Positions 19,433-28,307 of a stretch of DNA of 28,307 nucleotides are shown one piece after another. Each line of letters opens with the position of its first letter. The first letter of the stretch is position 1. The position numbers and the translations under genes were made by a program. Source of the DNA: an uncultured Eubacteriales bacterium (GTDB lineage Bacteria; Bacillota; Clostridia; Oscillospirales; Acutalibacteraceae); contig CAQJOC010000005.1 in assembly GCA_948815685.1 (NCBI GenBank), positions 1 to 28,307 on the forward strand. Reading direction: 5' to 3'. Under the pieces are notes generated by a model. That model had not been told where the DNA came from. It saw nothing but the letters and a program-made list of their open reading frames with translations, and made no database searches.

Positions 19433-20506
19433 TTAAAAAAATGTTTTAATTTCTACAGCCTCCCATTTTTGAAGTTGTTTCACTATAATTTTAAACAACA
19501 AGATGTCCAAATAAAGAAAAAGGGAGGACATAAATTCCTCTCTTTTCTCAAATTCATCAGTGTCTGTTATCATATCGATAGTCAATAGCATTGATGGTAT
19601 TTTTTTATTTATTCTTTTTAAGTTACCAATTATATCGCTGAAATTGGAGAACAATACGCTTTTCATATCATCTACAATTACTATCTTGTTTAGTTCCTTA
19701 TGGTCAGCGTTATAAAGGTCAATCACTTTATTAACATTTTCTGCCGTAAATTTAGTTTTAGCATTTGCAACAGCAGGTATTATAGGATTATTTCCTCTTT
19801 TACTTTTTTCTGCCTGTGCTTTACCAGTCTGCCCATATATTTTATTGGCTTCTTCGGCCTTGGTAACAAGGTATTTATTTAATCCCGGGATAATTGTTGT
19901 TTTAATACTTTTAGCATTTTCATTAAAATTGTTTTTTAATATATTAATCTCACTGCTTTCCCACGCGTTGTTTGCTTGAGATTTATCATAATTTTTTATT
20001 GCTTCTATTTTTTTCTGATAACCAGATATATCCTCAGTCAATTTATACAGTGGTGAATATGCATTTCCAATATCTTGCTTATATTTAGTTTTTAGATCAT
20101 TTGTGCTTATTAATCCGAGGTCAGAATAAAAATCGGGTTTTAGGTTTTCAAATTTGCTAATATTCTCTAAAGAAGTTGCATCTGCGATTAAAGCCTCTCC
20201 TATTTTTTTCAAAATGTTAATTTCTGTGTGTATTTCACGTAAGCCTTGTACAATTTTATTAAGGTTTGCTGTCGTATTGGGGTCTAGCCCTTCGCAAATA
20301 ATCTTCATATATTCTGACGACTGTGCTCCCACGGCTTTTTTCAAATTAAATTTAGTGTGGACTTTTCCAACGCCTGATTTTTCTTTTTCCGAACGATTAA
20401 TAGCTTTTAAAAAAAGTAAAGTTCCCATTTTGAATTTTTCACTGTCTTTACAAGTTTTTATTAAATGATTATATTGTTGAAAAGCCTTTGAAATATCCTT
20501 TTGCAT
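19433..20506 (-). CDS. Hypothetical protein (357 aa, Lys/Asn-rich, probably helical)
   Basis: Long open frame with AAAGGAGTGA ribosome-binding site and a consensus promoter; no recognisable motif. Confidence 0.85.
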   Translation of the reverse strand: MQKDISKAFQQYNHLIKTCKDSEKFKMGTLLFLKAINRSEKEKSGVGKVHTKFNLKKAVGAQSSEYMKIICEGLDPNTTANLNKIVQGLREIHTEINILKKIGEALIADATSLENISKFENLKPDFYSDLGLISTNDLKTKYKQDIGNAYSPLYKLTEDISGYQKKIEAIKNYDKSQANNAWESSEINILKNNFNENAKSIKTTIIPGLNKYLVTKAEEANKIYGQTGKAQAEKSKRGNNPIIPAVANAKTKFTAENVNKVIDLYNADHKELNKIVIVDDMKSVLFSNFSDIIGNLKRINKKIPSMLLTIDMITDTDEFEKREEFMSSLFLYLDILLFKIIVKQLQKWEAVEIKTFF

Positions 20507-20542
20507 AATGTATCACTCCTTTTATTTTTTGTGTCATCTGTT

Positions 20543-20571
20543 ATTATATACAAAAATAATAAATTTGTCAA
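20543..20571 (-). promoter_or_regulatory. Consensus sigma-A promoter of the 357-aa ORF
   Basis: TTGACA (20571-20566), 17 nt, TATAAT (20548-20543). Confidence 0.8.
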
Positions 20572-21181
20572 TGCTTTATTATTTAAATTATTCAAAATCA
20601 TTTTTCTTTGCCATTTTATTTCATATTTGGAGATGTAGTAAAGGAATATGATAAAATAAGCGTTATTAAACTGGTGTTTTAAAATACTTTGCCTTGTTCT
20701 CTTACTGATTTTTGCTAATTGGTTAAGGAAACACCTCATAATACGTGAGAACGATCTCTAACTCTTTCTTCTTGCATTTAGGAGATTATTTGACGTGTAT
20801 TATGTGGTATTTCCATAAATATTTAAAAAGTAAGTAGTATGGTGTGAATTTTTTTAAATGAATACCTATAAACCCAGTAATAATGTAGATTTATATTGTA
20901 TCCCAATCTCAAGCCTTTTCCATTTCGAGAGGAAAATCTAGATACATGGTTAATTATCCCCTTAAGCTTTGGCAAACCTTCCCGAACCTATTCTCTTTTC
21001 TCTGATCTTCAAACTGCTTTATTGTCTGTTCTTAAGTAAGAACTCTCGAATTTTAAAATATACAGATTGCGTAAAGTATTGAATACATGATACAGTATTA
21101 TTTGTCTTATTATTTACGAACATAATTTTTATCTTTTTTGACTGCCGATTACTATATATATAACAAAGTTAAATTTTACTC

Positions 21182-21212
21182 TTGACAAATTAACTTTTTT
21201 TTGAGATACTAT
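21182..21212 (+). promoter_or_regulatory. Probable tRNA promoter
   Basis: TTGACA (21182-21187) with GATACT at 17 nt or TACTAT at 19 nt. Confidence 0.5.
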
Positions 21213-21294
21213 AAAACAAAGTGAATATTCGGTAAAAGTTATTTTTTTATTTTACCCTGATAGTTTTAGTTTTATTCCAAATGTGGAATACTAT

Positions 21295-21371
<77 letters not shown>

Positions 21372-21379
21372 AAGAGAAG

Positions 21380-21410
21380 CCTCGTGAACATCAAGTTTGC
21401 GAGGATTTTT
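21380..21410 (+). terminator. Probable terminator after the tRNA
   Basis: Stem CCTCGTGAAC / GTTTGCGAGG (with G-U pairs) followed by ATTTTT. Confidence 0.65.
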
Positions 21411-21996
21411 GTTGTCAAATAAAGTTATTACAAAATTCAAAATGGTCTTTATTTGGTCTTTATAGAGTTTTTTATCTATATTTAGAGCCCTAAAATTTAT
21501 TTATCATAATATTCTTGTGCATGGAATAGGTACATTTTATAATGACTTTCTGCGGAATTAATTTGTAGGGCAAATTATTTTTCGATTTTTATGTTTTTGC
21601 ACTGATATTTTCAAAAATTGCGGCTTTCGCAGGTTTTGTGATTTTACCATTTATACGTTTATTACCTGACACATATTTAATTTCACAGGAAGTCCAATAT
21701 TTCAGTTTTTATTTGCTTCTTTTATAACAAATATACTCTTTAGATACTGTAGTAATCAATTTAAGTTGCGGTAGTCTTAGATTTGTCTTTTTATGCGAAG
21801 ACGATCTAGAGATTTGAGGCGAGTGCTAAAAAGTTTGCAATCAAATTCGAGAACATTAATAATCAGCCAAAGCCTAACTTTATGTATATCATGGTGTTTG
21901 CGTAAACTTCCTTAGTGTATGGCTTAGCTTTATTTGTGATTGAAATATGTTTTTATATAAGACAAATAAATCATGTAAATGTTTTTATATTTTTAT

Positions 21997-22025
21997 TTGC
22001 GAATAGCCTTAAAATATGTTATAAT
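21997..22025 (+). promoter_or_regulatory. Probable hsdMSR promoter
   Basis: TTGCGA (21997-22002), 17 nt, TATAAT (22020-22025) with TG extended -10. Confidence 0.65.
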
Positions 22026-22139
22026 CGTACAAATGGAATTTATTTCCTGAATTTGGGTTTTATGGGTAAAGTTTGTTTATTGATTTGCTTTTAACTTAAA
22101 TAGTTTAGGCTAGATTTTTTGTAAAGGAGGCTGAAAATA

Positions 22140-23702
22140 ATGGTCGACCGGAAAAAAGATCAAGAGAAAGATGAGCTGCACAAAGCCATTTGGAGTATAG
22201 CAGAGGAACTAAGGGGTGCTGTAGACGGATGGGATTTTAAAAGCTATGTGCTTGGAACAATGTTTTATCGCTACATATCAGAAAATTTAACTAATTACAT
22301 AAATGAGGGAGAAATCGAGGCGGGAAATACTAATTTTGATTTTAGTAAAATGTCTGATGAGACGGCAAAACACATTAGAGAAAGCATAATAGAAGAAAAG
22401 GGATTCTTCATTTTACCGAGTGAATTGTTTTGCAATGTCTGTAGGACGGCGGACACAGATGAAAATTTGAATGAAACGCTTGAAAAAATATTTAATAATA
22501 TCGAGAAGTCCGCAATGGGAAGTGATTCGGAAAACGATTTTAAAGGTCTGTTCGATGATTTTGACGTAAACAGTAATAAGCTGGGTTCCAATGTTACAAG
22601 AAGAAACGAAAAACTAGTAAAATTATTAAAAGGTGTCCAGAAGATGAACCTGGGGAACATAAAAAATCATGCTTCTGATACATTTGGAGACGCCTACGAA
22701 TACTTAATGACTATGTATGCATCTAACGCAGGAAAATCAGGGGGCGAGTTTTTCACTCCTGCTGATGTATCGGAACTGCTCACAAGGCTTGGAACGGTAG
22801 GCAAAACCGAAGTAAACAAGGTATATGACCCGTGTTGTGGGAGTGGCTCACTGTTGTTGAAAACTGAAAAAATTCTTGGAAAAAAAGCTATTCATAATGG
22901 ATTTTTTGGTCAAGAAATTAACGTTACTACATATAACCTGTGTCGTATAAATATGTTTTTGCATGACATAGGGTTTGATAAATTTAACATAACTTGTGAA
23001 AATACTTTAATAAATCCGCAACACTGGGATGATGAACCATTTGAATTGATAGTTTCAAATCCTCCGTATTCTATAAAATGGGAAGGAGATTCCAATCCCT
23101 TGCTCATTAATGACCCTCGTTTTTCGCCTGCAGGAGTACTTGCGCCAAAAAGTAAAGCCGATATGGCATTTATTTTGCATTGTCTTTCATGGCTTGCTGC
23201 CAACGGCACCGCTGCTATTGTATGTTTCCCGGGAATCATGTACAGAGGCTCAGCAGAGCAAAAAATTCGTAAATATTTGGTGGATAATAATTTTGTGGAC
23301 TGTATTATCGGGCTACCTAGCAACCTGTTTTTCGGAACAAGCATCGCAACGTGTATTATGGTTCTTAAAAAGAATAAAACCGATGACAATACCCTGTTTA
23401 TAGATGCGACAAATGAATGCGTGAAAGTCACAAATAATAATAGATTACTTGATGAAAATATTGATCATATTATCTCAGCTTTTGCGAAAAGAGAAGAAAT
23501 TTCTCATTTTTCCAAGCTTGCAACCCATAAGGAAATTGAGGATAATAATTATAATCTTTCTGTATCGACATATGTTGAGGCCAAAGATACACGAGAACAG
23601 ATTGACATTATAAAGCTCAACAGCGATATAAAAGAGATTGTTTCGCGTGAAAGAAGTTTGCGTGACGAGATTGACAAAATACTGAAAGAATTGGAGATTT
23701 GA
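22140..23702 (+). CDS. hsdM: Type I restriction-modification methyltransferase subunit M (m6A)
   Basis: GKSGGEFFTP, YDPCCGSGSLL SAM motif, NPPY catalytic motif, AAAGGAGG ribosome-binding site. Confidence 0.97.
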   Translation: MVDRKKDQEKDELHKAIWSIAEELRGAVDGWDFKSYVLGTMFYRYISENLTNYINEGEIEAGNTNFDFSKMSDETAKHIRESIIEEKGFFILPSELFCNVCRTADTDENLNETLEKIFNNIEKSAMGSDSENDFKGLFDDFDVNSNKLGSNVTRRNEKLVKLLKGVQKMNLGNIKNHASDTFGDAYEYLMTMYASNAGKSGGEFFTPADVSELLTRLGTVGKTEVNKVYDPCCGSGSLLLKTEKILGKKAIHNGFFGQEINVTTYNLCRINMFLHDIGFDKFNITCENTLINPQHWDDEPFELIVSNPPYSIKWEGDSNPLLINDPRFSPAGVLAPKSKADMAFILHCLSWLAANGTAAIVCFPGIMYRGSAEQKIRKYLVDNNFVDCIIGLPSNLFFGTSIATCIMVLKKNKTDDNTLFIDATNECVKVTNNNRLLDENIDHIISAFAKREEISHFSKLATHKEIEDNNYNLSVSTYVEAKDTREQIDIIKLNSDIKEIVSRERSLRDEIDKILKELEI

Positions 23703-23706
23703 TGGT

Positions 23707-23841
23707 TTGAAAGTCGAGGAAAAAGAAACAAGCGAGCAGATTGATATTATAAAGCTAAATAGCGATATAGAAGAAATTGTCATATATGGAGATACCTTGC
23801 GTGATGAGATAGACAAGATAATAGAAGATTTAGAGAGGTAG
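23707..23841 (+). CDS. Putative 44-aa peptide paralogous to the HsdM C-terminal helix (below the ORF-track cutoff)
   Basis: TTG 23707 lies 10 nt after GGAG (23693-23696). MKVEEKETSEQIDIIKLNSDIEEIVIYGDTLRDEIDKIIEDLER is 29/42 identical, without gaps, to the HsdM tail. Expression not shown. Confidence 0.55.
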   Translation: MKVEEKETSEQIDIIKLNSDIEEIVIYGDTLRDEIDKIIEDLER

Positions 23842-23941
23842 CTGTTTAATGAATAAAAGCGGATTATTAGACTTAAATAACATAGTTACAAGTTTGATTA
23901 TCTTGCAAGATGAAATTTTTAAAGAAATTGAGGTGACAAAA

Positions 23942-25111
23942 ATGAGTAGACTTGATGAATTGATAAATAAATTGTGCCCGCATGGGGTGGAATATAAAAA
24001 GCTCGATGAACTGCTTGAAATTAGGAATGGATATACTCCATCTAAATCTAAAAAAGAATTTTGGATAAATGGAACTATTCCATGGTTTAGAATGGATGAT
24101 ATTAGAAAAGGCGGAACAATATTATCTAAATCATTACAATATGTCAGCCTAAGTGCTGTCAAAAAGAATGTGTTCCCGGCAAACTCCCTGATTATTGCTA
24201 CTACCGCTACGATAGGAGTGCATGCATTAATAACAGTGCCTTATTTAGCTAATCAGCAATTTACTTGTTTGATATTGAAAAAAAAATATATAGAAAAATT
24301 TGACCCAATGTTTTTGTACTATTACTGTTTTAAATTAGATGAATTTTGCCTTAAAAATAAACATAAATCAAATTTTGCATCTGTTGACATGGAAAAGTTT
24401 AAAACGTTCAAATTCCCAATCCCCCCGCTGGAGGTACAGAAAGAAATAGTTGCAATTTTGGACCGCTTTGACGGTTTATGCAATGATATCTGCAAAGGGA
24501 TCCCTGCGGAAATCAAGGCACGAAGTCAGCAATATGAGTATTATAGGGATAAATTACTTGATTTTAAAAATTCCCATGACGTGGAATATCAGTCTCTTAC
24601 TGATATATGCGGGACTATTACCACTGGCAAATTAAACGCTAATAGAAAAATTGAAAATGGAGCATATATGTTTTTTACGTGCGATGCTGAACCATATAGA
24701 ATTAATGAGTATGCTTTTGACACGGAAGCAATTCTTGTTTCTGGAAACGGAAATGGGCATATAAATTACTATAAAGGCAAATTTAATGCCTATCAGAGAA
24801 CCTATGTTTTATGTAATTTTAACTCTATTGAATCAAAGTATTTATTTCATTACTTAAAATATCATTTAAATCAATATATTTCTACTTTTTCTAAAAAAGG
24901 TACCGTTCCATATATAACTTTGCCTATGTTACAAAATTTTATTGTCCCCATCCCGGCAATCGAGGAGCAAATAAGAATTGTAAATATTTTAGATAAATTT
25001 ACAAAGCTCAATGCAGAACTCAATGCAGAACTCAATGCAGAACTTAAGTGCCGACGCAAACAGTACGAATATTATCGAGACAAGCTATTAACTTTCAAAA
25101 AACTTTCATAG
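23942..25111 (+). CDS. hsdS: Type I restriction-modification specificity subunit S (two TRDs); alternative in-frame start at 23849
   Basis: MSRLDELI..LCPHGVEYK start after GAGGTGA; two IP.P..E.Q..IV.ILD.F...QYEYYRDKLL conserved regions typical of Type IC. Confidence 0.95.
   Translation: MSRLDELINKLCPHGVEYKKLDELLEIRNGYTPSKSKKEFWINGTIPWFRMDDIRKGGTILSKSLQYVSLSAVKKNVFPANSLIIATTATIGVHALITVPYLANQQFTCLILKKKYIEKFDPMFLYYYCFKLDEFCLKNKHKSNFASVDMEKFKTFKFPIPPLEVQKEIVAILDRFDGLCNDICKGIPAEIKARSQQYEYYRDKLLDFKNSHDVEYQSLTDICGTITTGKLNANRKIENGAYMFFTCDAEPYRINEYAFDTEAILVSGNGNGHINYYKGKFNAYQRTYVLCNFNSIESKYLFHYLKYHLNQYISTFSKKGTVPYITLPMLQNFIVPIPAIEEQIRIVNILDKFTKLNAELNAELNAELKCRRKQYEYYRDKLLTFKKLS
25007..25044 (+). repeat. 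12-bp tandem repeat x3 encoding (LNAE)3 in hsdS
   Basis: CTCAATGCAGAA exactly at 25007, 25019 and 25031. Confidence 0.97.
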
Positions 25112-25152
25112 CAGGACGAAGAGTGAAAAAAATTAAAGGAGGTAGCTTTAAA

Positions 25153-28100
25153 ATGTCACAATTTAAAGTACTAGCCGAGACGTCCGAAAATACGGTTATC
25201 ACCTCGTTTCAGCCGGTAAAATGGCGTCCGGAAGACTATCAGAGCGAGGCAGAACTTGAAAAAGAGTTTATAAGTTTGCTCTGCTCGCAAGGATATGAAT
25301 ATTTACCTATACATAATGAAGAAGATTTAATTATAAATTTAAGGAGACAACTTGAAAAACTGAATAATTATAATTTTACGGACAAAGAATGGGAACGGTT
25401 TTTCAGGATATCAATAGCAAATCCTAACGAGCATATTGTTGAGAAAACTCGCAAAATTCAAGAGGATTATATTCAGGTTCTGAAATGCGACGACAATTCT
25501 TCTAAAAACATCAAATTAATTGACAAGGAAAATATTCATAATAATAATTTACAAGTAATAAATCAGTATACGGTAAATAAAGATAGCGGTGCAAGATACG
25601 ATAATCGCTACGATGTGACAATTCTTGTGAACGGTCTGCCCCTTGTGCATATTGAATTGAAACGCAGAGGAGTAGCCATTAGAGAAGCATTCAATCAAAT
25701 TAATCGTTATGAACGTGACAGTTTCCGTGCAGGAGCAGGATTATATGAGTATGTGCAAATCTTTGTTATTTCTAACGGTACAAACACAAAATATTATTCA
25801 AATAGTACACGATATAACGCTATTAAAGATGTTTCCTCAGGGAAAGTGAAAAGGTGTAAAACGAGCAATAGTTTTGAATTTACGTCTTTTTGGGCAGATA
25901 CAAATAATCGTATTATCCCTGATTTAATTGATTTCACAAAGACATTTTTTGCCAGGCATTCTCTTTTGAATATATTAACAAAATACTGTATATTTACTTC
26001 CGAAGATATGCTTATGGTTATGAGGCCGTACCAGATCACAGCAACCGAACGTATACTAAATCGAATAGAAATAGCCAATAACTATAAAAAATATGGTACC
26101 ATTGACGGGGGAGGATATATTTGGCATACAACAGGTTCGGGTAAAACACTCACTTCATTCAAAACCGCACGGCGAGCATCACTTTTGCCGTTTATTGATA
26201 AAGTCTTATTTGTGGTTGATCGTAAAGACTTAGATTATCAGACAATGAAAGAATATGACCGTTTTGAAGAAGGCGCCGCCAACTCAAATACCTCTGTCCG
26301 AGTCCTTACAAGACAGTTGGGCGACCCAAATACAAATATAATTATTACAACAATACAGAAGCTCGCAAGATTTATAAAGAAAAATCCCAATCACAAAATA
26401 TATTCCGAGCACGTCGTTATAATTTTTGATGAATGTCATCGCAGTCAGTTTGGCGATATGCATACGGCGATTACAAAAAGTTTTAAAAAATATCATTTAT
26501 TCGGGTTCACAGGAACACCGATTTTTGCTTTAAATGCCGTAAAAGATAAACAAGGAAAACTTCAAACTACAAAAGCAGCTTTTGGAGACCAACTGCACGC
26601 ATATACCATTGTAGATGCCATTAACGATAAAAACGTTTTGCCGTTTCATGTGGACTACATAAAAACGATGAAAATGGCTGAAGAAATAGAAGATGAAAGA
26701 GTCCGAGGCATAGACAGAGAAAAAGCATATATGTCGCCCAAAAGAATCACTTTGGTTACAGAGTATATATTAAAACATTTCAATCAAAAAACCTATCGCG
26801 GCGACAAAACTTACGTTTATAATACGCTTACCAATATTGAAAAGGTGGCGTCAAGTACAAGAGGAACTATCGAAGAAATAAAGGCAAAGAGGCGTGTCAG
26901 TGGATTTAATTCTATTTTTGCGGTAGCCTCAGTCGATATGGCAAAATTATATTATGAAGAGTTTAAAAAGCAGATGAATAAAACCCCTAATAAAAAACTT
27001 CGTATTGCTACAATATTCAGTTACTGCCAAAACGAAGAGGAACCCGGCGGTACAATAGAAGAGGAAAATCCTGATGACACTTCAGCACTTGATAAAAATT
27101 CCCGTGATTTTTTAGAATCGGCCATTAAAGATTATAATGAGATGTTCGGCACAAGTTACGATACTTCAAGCGAGAAATTTCCGAATTACTATAAAGACGT
27201 TTCATTGCGTATGAAAAACAAAGAACTTGATTTATTGATAGTTGTAAATATGTTTTTAACAGGTTTTGATGCGACTACATTAAATACCCTCTGGGTAGAT
27301 AAAAACTTAAAAATGCACGGATTAATTCAAGCATTTTCAAGGACAAATAGAATTTTAAATTCAGTCAAAGCATTTGGGAATATTGTTTGTTTTAGGGAAC
27401 TTAAAGAAGAAGTTGACCGTGCAATATCTTTATTTGGAGATAAAGATGCCGGAGGAATCATTTTGCTCAATCCATTTGAGGATTACTACTATGGTTATAC
27501 CTCCAAAGATGGCAAAAAGATTGTTGGATACGAATATATAACCCGAAAATTGTTAAAAGATTTTCCGTTATCCGATGAAAAAATTGAAGGTGAAAATCGT
27601 CAAAAAGATTTTATTATACTATTTGGTCAATTTCTTCGTATGAGAAATCTTTTAAAATCATTCGATAAGTTTAAGGGGAAAGAAATTATAGAAGAACGTG
27701 GGTTTCAAGATTACCTGGGCAGATATCAAGATTTGCGGGATGAGTGGACAATAGCACCGGTAAACGGACAAATCAAGAATATAGAAGATGATATTGTTTT
27801 TGAAGTAGAGTTAATAAATCAAGTGGAAATAAATATCGATTATATTTTGATGCTCATTAAAAAATATCAAGATACGCACTGTAAAGACAAAGAAATTTTA
27901 ATAACAATCGATAAAGCAATCGGTGCCAGTCCTGAACTACGTAGCAAAAAAGAGCTCATACAAAATTTTATAGCCGGGGCCCTGGATTCAGGCGACGCCC
28001 TGGACCAGTGGCGTAAATACGTAATAAAAAGACGTGACGAGGATTTAGAAAATATTATTGTGGAAGAAAAATTAAATCCGGACGAAACACATAAATTTTT

Positions 28101-28281
28101 TGAAAATGCATTTCGTGATGGCGAAGTAAAAACTCGTGGGACAAGCATTGATGAAATAATGCCACCGATATCTCGTTTTGATGGGGACAACAGGGCAAAA
28201 AAGAAGCTGAGTATAATAAAAAAAGTAAAAAATTTTTTTGATAAGTATTTTGGTATTTGCTCGTGGCAATCAAAGATATGA
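25153..28281 (+). CDS. hsdR: Type I restriction endonuclease subunit R (EcoR124I-like)
   Basis: YDVTILVNGLPLVHIELKR nuclease motif, QINRY, HTTGSGKT, DECHR, GFTGTP, LTGFD, QAFSRTNR; ATG 25153 follows AAAGGAGGT. Confidence 0.97.
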   Translation: MSQFKVLAETSENTVITSFQPVKWRPEDYQSEAELEKEFISLLCSQGYEYLPIHNEEDLIINLRRQLEKLNNYNFTDKEWERFFRISIANPNEHIVEKTRKIQEDYIQVLKCDDNSSKNIKLIDKENIHNNNLQVINQYTVNKDSGARYDNRYDVTILVNGLPLVHIELKRRGVAIREAFNQINRYERDSFRAGAGLYEYVQIFVISNGTNTKYYSNSTRYNAIKDVSSGKVKRCKTSNSFEFTSFWADTNNRIIPDLIDFTKTFFARHSLLNILTKYCIFTSEDMLMVMRPYQITATERILNRIEIANNYKKYGTIDGGGYIWHTTGSGKTLTSFKTARRASLLPFIDKVLFVVDRKDLDYQTMKEYDRFEEGAANSNTSVRVLTRQLGDPNTNIIITTIQKLARFIKKNPNHKIYSEHVVIIFDECHRSQFGDMHTAITKSFKKYHLFGFTGTPIFALNAVKDKQGKLQTTKAAFGDQLHAYTIVDAINDKNVLPFHVDYIKTMKMAEEIEDERVRGIDREKAYMSPKRITLVTEYILKHFNQKTYRGDKTYVYNTLTNIEKVASSTRGTIEEIKAKRRVSGFNSIFAVASVDMAKLYYEEFKKQMNKTPNKKLRIATIFSYCQNEEEPGGTIEEENPDDTSALDKNSRDFLESAIKDYNEMFGTSYDTSSEKFPNYYKDVSLRMKNKELDLLIVVNMFLTGFDATTLNTLWVDKNLKMHGLIQAFSRTNRILNSVKAFGNIVCFRELKEEVDRAISLFGDKDAGGIILLNPFEDYYYGYTSKDGKKIVGYEYITRKLLKDFPLSDEKIEGENRQKDFIILFGQFLRMRNLLKSFDKFKGKEIIEERGFQDYLGRYQDLRDEWTIAPVNGQIKNIEDDIVFEVELINQVEINIDYILMLIKKYQDTHCKDKEILITIDKAIGASPELRSKKELIQNFIAGALDSGDALDQWRKYVIKRRDEDLENIIVEEKLNPDETHKFFENAFRDGEVKTRGTSIDEIMPPISRFDGDNRAKKKLSIIKKVKNFFDKYFGICSWQSKI

Positions 28282-28307
28282 GAAGAAACAAGTGTTTAAA
28301 AATGTAA

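Noticed and set aside
20650..21060. Possible decayed gene on the minus strand (fragments such as VREGLPKLKG and LDFPLEMEKA)
   Set aside because: Coding-like but broken and not assignable without BLASTx
21770..21910. Possible relic of an AAA-ATPase/DUF4143-type C-terminus (..QPKPNFMYIM)
   Set aside because: Resemblance too short and weak; needs tBLASTn
25048..25152. N-terminal extension of HsdR in the ORF track
   Set aside because: Overlaps hsdS; the strong ribosome-binding site precedes ATG 25153

Overview
AT-rich bacterial chromosomal window. The housekeeping genes and sigma-A-type promoters suggest a low-GC Clostridia, probably Oscillospirales-like (inference). Left arm, minus strand: a secreted BspA-type leucine-rich-repeat protein, ispF, tatD, metG, a small membrane protein and mutS2. 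9.1-12.2 kb is an accessory patch with MITE-like inverted-repeat elements, three orphan ORFs with near-consensus promoters, and a decayed, internally deleted IS1. Next come a P-type IIA (Ca2+-type) ATPase, a stand-alone 5S rRNA gene with its own promoter and terminator, ymfF-ymfH-lgt, a 357-aa orphan and an initiator tRNA-Met. A complete Type IC (EcoR124I-like) restriction-modification operon hsdM-hsdS-hsdR follows the tRNA. The most unusual feature lies between hsdM and hsdS: the HsdM C-terminal helix occurs three times in tandem. Copy 2 is an intact, acidified 44-aa ORF missed by the ORF track and rich in silent substitutions, and copy 3 is a degenerate in-frame N-terminal extension of HsdS. 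HsdS also carries its 12-bp (LNAE)3 repeat in the distal rather than the central conserved region.
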